From Macrostomum lignano (lineage: Eukaryota): 64,000 nt of DNA. A program made the position numbers and the translations under genes. Location of the stretch: assembly GCA_002269645.1 (NCBI GenBank), contig NIVC01000992.1, positions 248,001 to 312,000 of the forward strand, read 5' to 3'. A model generated the notes under the pieces. The model was given only the letters and a program-made list of their open reading frames with translations. It was not told the origin of the DNA and made no database searches. Shown in pieces: positions 38,136 to 49,849 of this stretch (the first letter of the stretch is position 1; the number at the start of each line of letters is the position of its first letter).

Positions 38136-41100
38136 TCACAAACGAAACTGACTGCTCAGCGATGGATTACTCCAGTCTGGCACTGGCAGATTTGCTGTAT
38201 ATCGTTTAGCCGATGTGATATTAAACACTGGCAATAGTTCGTTAGCCTCGTCGCTAGATTTCTTTAAATAGATATAAGCATCTGTGCCGTAGCCTTCAAC
38301 GCTGGCTAGGGCTAGTTCGCCGTGCAAATAGCGGGCGTAGATGCGCGATAGCGGCAGGCCATAGCCGTACCCAGCTAGAGGCGGCCCAGTAGACGATGAC
38401 GGGCTCACGGGCGAGGCAGTGGTGTACGTGTATTTGAACACTAGCGGCAGCTCGGACCGGGCGATACCGCCGCCTTGGTCCGACACCTGAAGCGGCGAGG
38501 TGAGGGAGGGTTTGCAGTTGCGAAGGGTACATTGTTAAAACGGCCCATTTTAAACAGACATTGTTAAAACGGCCCATTTTAAACAGACATTGTTAAAAAC
38601 GGCCCCATTTCAAACAGACGCTGTTAAAACGGCCCCATTTCAAACAGACATTGTTAAAACGGCCCATTTTAAACAGAAATTGTTAAAAACGGCCCCATTT
38701 CAAACAGACGCTGTTAAAACGGCCCCATTTCAAACAGACATTGTTAAAAACGGCCCATTTTAAACAGACATTGTTAAAAACGGCCCATTTTAAACAGACA
38801 TTGTTAAAACGGCCCATTTTAAACAGACATTGTTAAAACGGCCCATTTTAAACAGACATTGTTAAAACGGCCCATTTTAAACAGACATTGTTAAAACGGC
38901 CCATTTTAAACAGACATTGTTAAAACGGCCCATTTTAAACAGAAATTGTTAAAAACGGCCCCATTTCAAACAGACGCTGTTAAAACGGCCCCATTTCAAA
39001 CAGACATTGTTAAAAACGGCCCATTTTAAACAGACATTGTTAAAAACGGCCCATTTTAAACAGACATTGTTAAAAACGGCCTATTTTGAACAGACATTGT
39101 TAAAACGGCCCATTTTAAACAGACATTGTTAAAACGGCCCATTTTAAACAGACATTGTTAAAACGGCCCATTTTAAACAGACATTGTTAAAACGGCCCAT
39201 TTTAAACAGAAATTGTTAAAAACGGCACCATTTCAAACAGACATTGTTAAAAACGGCCTGATTTCAAACAGACGTTGTTAAAACGGCTCATTTTAAACAG
39301 AAATTGTTAAAAACGGCCCCATTTCAAACAGACATTGTTAAAAACGGCCCATTTTAAACAGACATTGTTAAAAACGGCCTATTTTGAACAGACATTGTTA
39401 AAACGGCCCATTTTGAACAGACATTATAAAAACGGCAATTTTGAAGACATTTTAAAACAGCTTCTTTTTAATAGACGTTGATAAAACGGCTCATTCTAAA
39501 CCGTCCAAAAGTGTCTATTTAAACCAGCTATTTTATTTTCTCTTTATTTTAAGAAGCTGTCTGTATGAGTTAGTCGTGTCTGTCACAGATGTTGGTGCTT
39601 GTTTCGAATAGTCTTAACGAAACAACTCACCCGAATAGTCAAATCCTCTTTACCAACGCAGATCATAACGTGAATAGGCGGCATGTTATCCTCATTCTTT
39701 TCAACCAAGGCTCGCATAGAATTTTTAATAATTTCGAACACCATATGATAGAGATGCGACGGCACATAGGCAAACTCGGTGGTCTTGTCCAGGCCAATCA
39801 CCTGAGTAGTCATGGACGGCGCAGTCAGGTAGAACTGTTCGCACAAGAATCTGGCACTATTGTAGGCGTGGTCAATTACGCCCATAATGTCGCAGTGAGG
39901 ATCTATACTGCCAATCTGTCGGTTGTTGCGAAGATCCGGGCCGAATAAAATCACTGCAAAGTCCCATAGCAACAGGGATTTATCTAGCATTATTTAAGCA
40001 AACGATAGTTATAGTTCCCTTAGCTTCGTCTTTCGAGCTTCCCGTGGATCAATCACATAGCAACGGGGATTTCCATAGTACAGCCATAGTAACGGGGATT
40101 TACATAGTACACCCAAAGCAACAGGGATTTCCCTTGTACATCCATAGCAACGGGATTTCCCTAGTACATCCCTGGTAACCGGGATTTTCCTAGTACATCC
40201 ACAGCAATGGGGATTTCCCTAGTACATCCATAGTAACGGAGATTTCCCTAGTACATCCATAGTAAACGGGGATTTCCCTAGTACATCCAAAGTAACTAAG
40301 ATTCCCTAGTACATTCATAGTAACGGGGATTTCTCTAGTACATCCATAGCAACGGGGATTTCCCTAACATCCATAACAACGAGGATTTCCCTAACATCCT
40401 CAGCAATGGGGATTTCCCTAGTACATCCATAGCAACGGTGATTTCCTTAACATCCTTAGCAACGCGGATTTCCCTAACATCCTTAGCAACGGGGATTTTC
40501 CTAACATCCTTAGCAACGAGGATTTCCCTAACCTCCTTAGCAACGGGGATTTCCCTAGTACATCCATAGTAACGGAATTTACCTCAAATAGTGTTCACAA
40601 GAAAAAAACAGACACAGAAACAGGATTTTTTCTACCCCTCCCCCCTTAGTAACAAGGACCCCATCAGATGAATGCATAAAAGAATACATCTGTCTGTAAC
40701 TCACCGTGCTGACTAATCAACATTCGAATACTAATTCGACTCATATAGAATCGATCCAGGAAGTACTGCACCTGAGCTTCCGTCTGGGTATCCAGGTCGC
40801 CTTCTCGCTCTTTAAGTTCTAATACGCCTTGAGCCATGGTCTCAACAACTTCCCGATGGCGTTCAAGGATTTGAGCCAATGTCTCAGTGAAGTCGGTCAA
40901 ACGTCCATCGCTAGGACGCTTGGGTTCGTCCTTGAAAGCTAGCATATCAAGGAAGCTCTGCTTGTACAAACCAATCACTGTTTTAGTTGACGGCATGGTG
41001 ACCAGACTCTCTGGCAGTAGGTGAATCTCTTGCATTATGTTGGCTAAACGTACTGGCACCTCGTGGCGAAGGAATTTGAATGAATTCTCCTGGGACGGAT

Positions 41101-41936
41101 TTCGACCTGTAGGTATAGGGAAAAGTCAGAACTTTTGGAAAGCCTCTCGTAATTATGTGAAATTAGCTATATACCACAGATACTAAAATAACTAGATAGG
41201 CTACTCAGGCCTATATGCGTAGTAAAACAGCTTTCTACTTTCAGTTCAGTAGCAAAAAAGAATACTTAAGCTATTTTATAAACATAAAGGCAGCTGAAAT
41301 GACTTTGATAACTTCAAAAGCCCAACAAGCTTGCAGGCGTAAACAACTTGCTAATTGGTTCAGCAATAATGTACATTGGTCAGTCCACTGAAATGTACAT
41401 GGCAGCTTTAGGCTGGAATTCCGAGAAGGGCAATAAAAATTGGGCGGGGCGGTGGGTAGTGTGGAAAGGGGCGGTTAGATGATTGAGACTGGTGGGTAAA
41501 AGCCAATAAATGAGCCTTGGCTTTAAAAATATATTAAAATACTTTTGATTAACTCACTACTGAACTGAAAGTAGCTTATACGCAAATGTGCTGACTGGCC
41601 CATCTAGTTATTCAAGTATCTGTGCTATATATCAAATATATAATTGCTGAAACTGCTAATTACAATTTTATGGTTATTGACTTGAAGAAACAATAAATCA
41701 ATAATTACAGAAGACAGGCTATAAACTAAAATATTTGAAAAAAGAACGTAAAATAAAAACTACACTATAACTAAAACACAAAACTAAATCAAAACTACAA
41801 TAGCTACAATGGAAATCTTACCAAAGTGCAGCAGTTTACTAATAGACATTGGCGTTGGCGAATAGGAGCCATATTTGACAAATTCTTTAGCAACATGATC
41901 GGAGAATTGCTTCAGTCTTAGCAAAGTTAAACGCAT
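38136..41936 (-). CDS. PDK: Mitochondrial pyruvate dehydrogenase kinase, 4 exons, 396 aa
   Basis: Exons 41822-41936, 40705-41106, 39631-39953, 38136-38486 (1191 nt), all GT-AG with consistent phases 1/1/0. Motifs: YSPTPMSISKLLHFG, FLRHEVPVRLANIM, FLDRFYMSRISIRMLISQH, YVPSHLYHMVFEIIKNSMRA (N box), VSDQGGG (G1), PLAGYGYGLPLSRIYARY (G2), EGYGTDA. Basic MRLTLLRLK N-terminus resembles a presequence. Confidence 0.96.
38530..39440 (+). repeat. 29-bp minisatellite (AAAACGGCCCATTTTAAACAGACATTGTT), PDK intron 3
   Basis: Period 29 at 38821/38850. Confidence 0.95.
40055..40580 (+). repeat. 29-bp minisatellite (CATAGCAACGGGGATTTCCCTAGTACATC), PDK intron 2
   Basis: Period 29. Confidence 0.92.
41168..41631. 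mobile_element. Degenerate MITE-like inverted repeat in PDK intron 1
   Basis: 41168-41252 is an imperfect reverse complement of 41557-41631 (shared CACAGATACT, AATAACTAGAT, CTACTTTCAGTTCAGTAG). Confidence 0.55.
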
Positions 41937-42136
41937 CACGATCTGCACCGGCTTAGCTGGCTGTTTAAGCGGTTTAACTGTAATTCAGAATAAACACAAT
42001 ATTAATTTTGTTACAAACAACTGCACTGATCTACTCTTTTTAGTAGCAGGATTAGCATTTTGCATATAAAATTGTCAATTAAAAACTAAACATTAAATTA
42101 GCATCTTCACCCTGCACCCTGCACTGCCTAACGGCG

Positions 42137-42497
42137 CCCTCTGATTTCATTAACGCCCTTAAAGCATGGGTATTACTATCATTGTGCCATAGACATTTGT
42201 GTCCTTGACAAAGTGGGACAAAATAAGCGGGCAGTTAATGATATTAACAAGGTTAAACGCAAGAATGTCATTAACTGCCCGCTAATTTGCATTAAAGTAA
42301 GTGTGACTCCTGTAAGCGGACTTAAACGTAGTCTATGGCATTAAAAGGCAAGAATAAGTGCCCAGCGGGCACAAAGGTCATGGTACAATGACATTTAACG
42401 CCAGATTATTCTGTCCCACTTTGTCAAGGACACAAATGTCAATGGCACCATAATAGTAATACTCATGCTTTGCGGGTGTTAATGAGAAATCATCGGG
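42137..42497. mobile_element. MITE-like foldback element upstream of PDK
   Basis: Arms 42141-42226 and 42406-42492 are inverted (a ~30-bp perfect core, GACATTTGTGTCCTTGACAAAGTGGGACA). A nested perfect 16-bp stem lies at 42226-42241 / 42268-42283. No TSD seen. Confidence 0.65.
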
Positions 42498-44419
42498 CTT
42501 ATTGATAACTTTTATGCCTTATAGGAAGAACATTTTATGCTTGCAATCATTACAAGGATAATGTTTTCACAAGGCTCTATACCAAGCCCATATAAAAGGA
42601 TCACTTCTTCATTACACATCAAATTTAGTAGACTTCATTACATTTTCTATTCATAATAATTTAGTTAGCCAAAGGCGATTATACGGTTCAGTGCTTATCA
42701 AGCAAAGCTGACATTAAAAAACTGCATTTGGTGAACTATTTTGTGTTTTTCAGAACCCCAGAATACAGCCAAATAATAGAAGCTGTCGCTAAAAAGCATA
42801 CATTCTTACAATTCTCATTACACTAAGAAGTAGCTAGTTACTTTGTGCTAAAATCTAAAAATGGACATTCAGCATCCACAAGAAGCTTCCACATAGACCT
42901 TTAGCCTATAAGTATTTGTACTATTTTTAGCAACACAACATACAAGACCTACAGTCCTACATACGGTCTGAAAGTTAGTAAAAATGAACTTAAACTAAAC
43001 GAAACTCTTTCTCGAGAGTGGAAAAAGGAAAGACGCAAGAAATTTGTCACTTTATATGTCTGTATTTTTCAATTACCAGTCTTATTTCATAGGTGCACGA
43101 GACGGATGCATAAAAATTTTCAATTAAATAATTAGTTAACACTAATAGGTATCCAAAATGGCCTAGCAATTTGTGTCATTAACAAATAGTTCCCATTCCA
43201 GGCTTCCAATCTCAGAAACAAATTCTAGTAAATATCATCATATCAACTAAAGCGTAGATGATAATTAAGCAGAAGACTCAGATTTTCAGTAGTTAGCGCA
43301 GAAGTATACCCAACAACAGTCTGAAGTGCCACCCTCCACGCGAGTCGACATTGCTTGAAAAATCTGTGCACAGTTTAAAATCGCTATTAATTAAATAAAA
43401 TGCTGTAATAATCTATTGTAACTGACTGTCACCCCCTTTTCAAAGTTCGAGGCGTTGATGTGTGTGTAACTTATTAGATTGAATTTTGAATGAGAAGTTG
43501 TCTTCTTTGACTAAGCATGAAATACGCGCGGTTGGCACTTTTGACTTTTAAAAGGCTCGCATATAAATAAGTAAGGAAAAGTCTAATTTGTAGAAAAAAA
43601 TCTGTCAAAAAAGTTGAAAAACGTACACTCAGCAACATCAAAAACCGCCACCCAAGAGCATTGGCAGAGAGATTGACTTCGGCTCACTACACTGCAATGA
43701 CGCAAGGTTTTCCAACCCTGGCTCAGGGGCACTAAGGTGTGGGTCTAAGTTAACGGTTTTCAATGTTGCCGAGTTTTTTAGTTATAAAAAATGATGAAAA
43801 ACCTTAAACAAAAATTGACTAAAAATGAAAAAAACCACAGACACGTTCGTATGTATATATTATATACTGAAAGCAGGTATAGTTAAAAAATACCGCTGTG
43901 AGGACAATAAAAATGGATAAAAATATGGGAAATATAGCATAATATACACGTAATAACGCACTGTGGCTTAGAGCCTTTCCGACAGATTATGATTAGCTAT
44001 AAACACACTGTTAAATAGATGTTTACCCACACACAATATAAGTTATTTTCATATTTTCACAGTTGCTCCCTGATGTATAGCTATCCCGCCTATCCCATTT
44101 ACACTTTTCATCACGTGACTACTCTCACATCTTTATTGTGTCTATCTGTGCGGAGCAAATTACAGATACCGGTACAATACACATTTAGTTGGTAGCAATT
44201 TGTTAAACAATGGCCAGTTCACGCGCTCATGTCACACGCACTAGTATTTTGGCCATTGTTTCCCTCAGCTACATGATAAAAAAGCAATCTAAATTCTAAA
44301 AAACACGAAATAGCTAGGATTTAAATCATATCAGTGAATAACTTGGACGCAAAAAAAGTTTAGTAACTTAATTACAAAAGCAGTTTTTAGCAAGCTGTCG
44401 ATAATAATAAAAAACCCGC

Positions 44420-47400
44420 TCATAAAGGTCGCCAAACTGGATTGCTAACAGCGGGAAATACTGGTCTAACTGACCATTGAGCCGATTGGCTGGTTGCCAT
44501 CCAACTAGCAGAATCTGGCAATCGAGGAAGTAACAAAGGATTTCCAGTAGAAAATAGTACTGGTTGCTGCAGTTGCTGTTGCATTAGCAAATTAGGACGC
44601 AGCTGAGATTGAAGCTTTGGTGGAACATTCGGCTGAGGCACTGGTGGATGAGGCAAATGAATGAACCCAACTGAGCAACTTTTGATCTTCTTACGAGTAT
44701 ATGAATTATTGTCATTATTATTAGGACCTCTAGGTTCGGTTTCTTTGACATTTTCGTAAACAAGGAATAGACGCCGCTCTGGATAAGCAACAGTTGTAAG
44801 TGGATTCTGGCAAGCAGCCGGACACATAGCTAGTACGCGCAGATCGGGCGGCGGCAATAAAACTGTCAATAGGCGACATGCCGGCAAACCTACGTCCCAG
44901 ATAACGATGCCGCCAGCGTCAAGTATTAATAGGCGGCGATTTGTGCCAGAATAATCCACACTAGCAGTGGCCAAATCGCGAATTGGAGGCCGATTAGCTG
45001 GCAAATGAGGCAAAAATTGATTAGTACCAGCCGAATTAGACGAAAACTTTTGTAATACACAAAGACAGCATCGACGCGCATCAGCATCGGAAGCGTCGAC
45101 AAAAGCTAAATAGAATGCGTCGCCAACTAAGGCTAGTCCAGCGGGCCCGGCCTTTACTCCAAGCAGTATAGGCTCTTTGGCATCAAAGCGACCGCTGGCT
45201 AGATCGATGCCTACGGCTACAGCGACTCCATGTGGTTCTAGGATGCACATAGCAAACACACGATTGCGATAGACACCAACGCTTAGTCGACGAAGTGGAG
45301 CGAACAACTGACGATAATCCGAAACGCGACCGCTGCTGGGTAGCATCAATAGAAGCGAACCGGTGCTATCGGCTGCAAGAATTATTGGTGGCTCTCGGCT
45401 GTCAACTACTAAGTCATCAAAGCTGCCGCCATCAACTGGCATAGAGGCTGGCAGACCGGCCAAGTGATCGATGCGTGACGTCCAAGCAATCTGGCGACAG
45501 TTAAGTCGAGCACCGGCTGAATTTGAATTACCGGATCGAACAGACACAATAGAAGAACCGCTACCGTCGGAGTCGGTCTTTTGTTGTAAGGAGTAAGTAG
45601 TGTAGTAAAAAATTCTAGATGAACAAGGTACACAGCTAACTGATAAAAGTGGCGGAGGTGACACTTTTTCGCTGTCAAGATCAATTTGAATTCCGGAAAT
45701 CGGTAAAGGATCAAGCGAAACTAAGCAATATTCGGTGCTACCTGAAGCTTCCACGTGAAGTAAGCTCGGTGCTAGGACTAATGCTTGTCGACTGTCCGAA
45801 AAAATGACTGAGAACTGCTGCTTATTGAACTGATTTCGTGATACTGTTGAAATAGCTGGAGAATGGGCGCAAAGCTTTAGACGTATCAATGGTGCAAATG
45901 AGCCATGTGATAACAATAAAATACGCCGTTCATTGAATAGAAGCACTCCGGCGTCAGTAACTAAAACCGAGCGAAGAGTGCCGACATCTGTGTTTACAGC
46001 CAAAGCGTCGGGAACAAGAAATTTGCGTGGCGTATTAACGGTGCGGCCTGATGGATCAACAATCCAGACGAGGCAATGTCTCCCAAGCGGTGTGGATGCC
46101 GCAGCAAGCATTTGGCAACGAAAGTCAACTATGGGAGGCGCCGCTAAGCTTATGTCGACACCGGCGTGATCTAAAGCCGGTCGGGTAAAAAGTTTGTCGA
46201 ATTTAATCACATCATTTGATAAGAGTAGAAAAGATATGTCAGCTATTGTAAAATGCCTAATAGAGACGAAACCTGTGTTGGAGAGGCCGTGATTGAAATC
46301 GAGGGGACCCCAAATAGCAAAAAGCCAAAAAATATCGGTGTTGGTATTGACAGCTTTGGTTAAACATAGCGACACGCCCATCGGACACTCCTCAATACGA
46401 CAGGTTTCAGAACCTGGAAGGTGTAGCTCAAAGACACTATTGGAGACGCGGCGAATTAGATTATTGTACTCCGGATCAGGCGTTGCCATTTCCGACAGAT
46501 ACACCACCGGGTTAAGGAATTTAGAAGTGCTAAAGTGTAGACTATTAAGCGAAAGTAGCTTAACATTAGTGAACTTTTCGGCATTCTCTTCCATTAATGA
46601 CTCTTTTCGAAAATTTGCGCAAATTAAACAACCGTCGAGGAATCCGGCAAGTGACCAGTTGGTTGTTTCTGACATCGGTGTCAAATACACGTCTCTGTTG
46701 CAAACTATAACATCATCCTCATCTTTAATCTCAGAGTCAAGATTGGCAAAAAACTTAATCTGATCGCCACTGACTAAAATTGCACAGCTTGAAGCTTCAC
46801 CGAGTGGACTCAAAACTTGCTGCTGAGGCGGCCAAGGTAAAAACGGCGTAGAACTTAAATCAATACTCCTCAGATACCGACCGTCGAAACAATCGTGCAC
46901 ATCAACAGCATCGATATAAGCCAATAGGATTAGGCCACCATTAGGAAGGCAGCACATGTCAACCGGTAATTTATTTTTTTCGGTCGAAAATAAGACATCT
47001 GGTGGCAAATCATTCGCTAAACAAATACCTCCAGCTGTGGCGCGGACACGCAAAGCGACAACACGAATGTAAGCGACAGAAAGACCAGGAGCAAGAGAAG
47101 CTGAACGCGCTAATGCGACAAAGACGCGATTAAGCTCCGATGAGATTGAAAGAGCGACGATTTCTCCACCAAGCATTTTAGACGCAGCAAAACCCCTGGT
47201 CGAATCGAATAAGCGCAGAACTTCAGGCTCCTTGGTTGAAACGGTGACCATGCCAACAATACACCGACAAGATGTTTTAAACATTGCAGCACGAACTAAT
47301 CGAACGGATGGACCAGTAGCAACCCGAACAACTCCATTGACACCAGACGACAACATTAGATCACCAGCGCTGGTCAGAGCAGCCATTTCCGTAGGCTGCC

Positions 47401-49042
47401 CATCTTCATCAACACGCAGAACAGATAGCCAAGATGTTGTGGCTGGAAGCCAAAAGGAAGCGGCGAGTTCAATGGCTTGACTGCCATCGCCGCCATATTG
47501 CAACGATAGTGTACCCATAACCAGACAGAATTTATCTCCCGATCGACACAGAGCCGCAGCCTCAGAATTCGGATCAACAGATTCTATTTGTTTATAGCTA
47601 CGCAAAATCAAAGAACCATTAGACGCATCTTTGGCGTCGATAAACAGAATGGAGTCGCCAGAGTTGCTCAAACCTGTAAGAATTTCTCTGAATGTTATTG
47701 GTCGGAATCGTCCAATCGTGGGACAGTCGTCGAGTTGAGCGTCGCGCAGGCTGACACAGCCGTTGGCATCGGCAACTGCAAACAGACCGGAACCAGGCGA
47801 TGCAACAAGCTTAGGCAAAGAAACCGCATCAACAAACGGAAAGTCAACGACAAAGCGTCGCTGTTCTATGCCAGTGATGGCGTCTACAATGCAACCCACT
47901 CCAACAGCAAAGTCAACAATAATTGCAAGATTGATCGATGGTAAACAGCGCAATTTAATGGATGACAAAGCAGCCGCGTCTGTGACAATTTTGCAAGGGA
48001 CTAAATTAGTCGAAATGCGACAATTTTCTACACCTGAATTGGAAGCAACGATTGACAAGGATAAAAACTGGCCGCTATCGGTCAAGATAAGCGCACGCAG
48101 ATCCCGTCTGCAGTTTGATTTACCGACTTTATCCAGCAAAATGTTAGTACTATCGGCTGCCATTGGTCTACCAACATTCTTTGGAAATTCTATGCTCGTA
48201 ACTTCAACTTTTGATTCATCAGCAAGCCTCAGAATACGTAACTGCTCAAACTGGTCTTGTAACTTGCGAACGAAAAATATTGGAGGCTGCCATGCAAGCG
48301 GAGTCAAAAAGGCTAGCAACTCAAGGTCTACAAACACACGCTCGAAACTATTCTTGGCTCTGCTTAACTTCCAAATAAATGAACGCCCGTCGCTACAAAG
48401 AAGAGCTAATCCATGCTGCGATGAAGTCACGTAACTAAGGCTTGACCAATCAATTGGCTTCTCTGTCGATTCAACATTTATTGAAGGCATCAGCTCAACA
48501 AATTGGGGAAATATCGTTTCTTCCTTGCTTGAATTACTTTTGCTGTCATCATTACTATCTTCTTCACTTTTACTGGTATTGGCTGCATTATGCCGGATAT
48601 AGTCTTCAGGATTGTCCACAGCATCAGCATCTGAGGATGTTTTAACTACATCGGAGTCTAACTCGGTGACATTTGCTTTATTCTCATTAATACAAGAGTT
48701 GGTAGCTCCAATGTTTTCGGTAACAATACTATCTGCAGAAATACTTGTAGCCGATGCTTTGGCAACTGTAAAATCAACTTTAACAATAGGTTTTTTTTCT
48801 AGATCAGTGTCGTTGGACAACTCCGATACAGAACCATTATTTGCTATGCTTTCAAGGCGATCGGCTTCGAAATTTAGTCTAGTCAGACAGGAATTAATAG
48901 CCTCGTTGTTGCCTAACAACAATACTTGTTCCGCTTGGTTACGAAGTCGACGTAACGACGACCAGAGCGACTTGCGAAGCTGATTTGCCTGTTGCTGCTC
49001 TTGACTCTGCTGTTGTTGTTGTTCTGGCAGCTTGGACTCCAT
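44420..49042 (-). CDS. Intronless 1540-aa protein of unknown function (N-terminal helical segment, acidic linker, probable degenerate beta-propeller repeats, Pro/Gln-rich tail)
   Basis: Uninterrupted 4623-nt ORF of non-repetitive sequence with poly-Q near the N-terminus. An acceptor-like site lies 14 nt before the ATG and AATAAA ~280 nt after the stop. I recognise no family; the propeller call rests only on recurring short beta-strand-like motifs (e.g. ILLAYIDAVDVHD, VLVTDAGVLLF, LLILDAGGIVIWD). Confidence 0.85.
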   Translation of the reverse strand: MESKLPEQQQQQSQEQQQANQLRKSLWSSLRRLRNQAEQVLLLGNNEAINSCLTRLNFEADRLESIANNGSVSELSNDTDLEKKPIVKVDFTVAKASATSISADSIVTENIGATNSCINENKANVTELDSDVVKTSSDADAVDNPEDYIRHNAANTSKSEEDSNDDSKSNSSKEETIFPQFVELMPSINVESTEKPIDWSSLSYVTSSQHGLALLCSDGRSFIWKLSRAKNSFERVFVDLELLAFLTPLAWQPPIFFVRKLQDQFEQLRILRLADESKVEVTSIEFPKNVGRPMAADSTNILLDKVGKSNCRRDLRALILTDSGQFLSLSIVASNSGVENCRISTNLVPCKIVTDAAALSSIKLRCLPSINLAIIVDFAVGVGCIVDAITGIEQRRFVVDFPFVDAVSLPKLVASPGSGLFAVADANGCVSLRDAQLDDCPTIGRFRPITFREILTGLSNSGDSILFIDAKDASNGSLILRSYKQIESVDPNSEAAALCRSGDKFCLVMGTLSLQYGGDGSQAIELAASFWLPATTSWLSVLRVDEDGQPTEMAALTSAGDLMLSSGVNGVVRVATGPSVRLVRAAMFKTSCRCIVGMVTVSTKEPEVLRLFDSTRGFAASKMLGGEIVALSISSELNRVFVALARSASLAPGLSVAYIRVVALRVRATAGGICLANDLPPDVLFSTEKNKLPVDMCCLPNGGLILLAYIDAVDVHDCFDGRYLRSIDLSSTPFLPWPPQQQVLSPLGEASSCAILVSGDQIKFFANLDSEIKDEDDVIVCNRDVYLTPMSETTNWSLAGFLDGCLICANFRKESLMEENAEKFTNVKLLSLNSLHFSTSKFLNPVVYLSEMATPDPEYNNLIRRVSNSVFELHLPGSETCRIEECPMGVSLCLTKAVNTNTDIFWLFAIWGPLDFNHGLSNTGFVSIRHFTIADISFLLLSNDVIKFDKLFTRPALDHAGVDISLAAPPIVDFRCQMLAAASTPLGRHCLVWIVDPSGRTVNTPRKFLVPDALAVNTDVGTLRSVLVTDAGVLLFNERRILLLSHGSFAPLIRLKLCAHSPAISTVSRNQFNKQQFSVIFSDSRQALVLAPSLLHVEASGSTEYCLVSLDPLPISGIQIDLDSEKVSPPPLLSVSCVPCSSRIFYYTTYSLQQKTDSDGSGSSIVSVRSGNSNSAGARLNCRQIAWTSRIDHLAGLPASMPVDGGSFDDLVVDSREPPIILAADSTGSLLLMLPSSGRVSDYRQLFAPLRRLSVGVYRNRVFAMCILEPHGVAVAVGIDLASGRFDAKEPILLGVKAGPAGLALVGDAFYLAFVDASDADARRCCLCVLQKFSSNSAGTNQFLPHLPANRPPIRDLATASVDYSGTNRRLLILDAGGIVIWDVGLPACRLLTVLLPPPDLRVLAMCPAACQNPLTTVAYPERRLFLVYENVKETEPRGPNNNDNNSYTRKKIKSCSVGFIHLPHPPVPQPNVPPKLQSQLRPNLLMQQQLQQPVLFSTGNPLLLPRLPDSASWMATSQSAQWSVRPVFPAVSNPVWRPL

Positions 49043-49849
49043 GAAATAAATATTACCTGATTAGAAGTCATAACGCTTATACTAGAAAAGGTCAAGTGTG
49101 TCCCACAGATTAGTGTTTTACTGTTTTTAAACGGATGGAAATTCAAGACCAACGAACCAGTGTGTGTCGCAGACACTCTCAGGGGTAAGCGGAATAAGCA
49201 CAACTGCTTGCCTTCTCCTTAATGAATACAGGTGGCCCGTTGCCCTGATTTGCGGCACTGCCGTTTGCTATACATAGTTCGATGAAAAAATACGTGGGTA
49301 GGGTATTGTTTGGTACGATCTATCACTCCTATTGTAAAAACGGAAAGCAGAAATAAACAATATACAAGAAAGGAAGTCAACAGTTTGGCATTTATTTATT
49401 TAGTTTCACTGTTAGAAAATGTTAATGAGGGCTTTATGACATTAAAAAACAATACTATGCTATACAAAGCTACAACGGACAAAACATGTGAATGTAGATT
49501 AAATTTGGGTTAACTAATAATAGTAATTTTCCATCGATATTGGGTCAGCAACTGAGTTATCATACAAACCTTGCTAGGAATATGTTTCATATTTACAAGT
49601 AGCGAAAAAATTGAAGAAAGCAACAACTGATCAACAGAATACGATTCTGCGTTTCAGGGTAACAATAGTGCAAACAATGCACAAAAAGACAGAGGGAAAA
49701 TAATGGGGAATAAACGCGTATTCAGATAAGAGAAGCAAAATACAGGGTAAGACAATGGAAGAAATATAGATGAAAAGCGAATATATTGTAGAAAAGAGCG
49801 GAGAGAATGTAGGAGACAGCGGAGAGACGGTATCATTAGGAGGGAGCAG

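Noticed and set aside
9345-40580. Array periods cluster near 21, 28-29 and 42-43 bp (helical phasing)
   Set aside because: Periods of 15, 17, 20, 23, 24, 25, 27, 32 and 70 also occur; too few arrays to claim a bias.
45933-48983. Plus-strand ORFs of 100-220 aa overlapping ORF1540
   Set aside because: Antisense shadows of a long coding frame, with no motifs.
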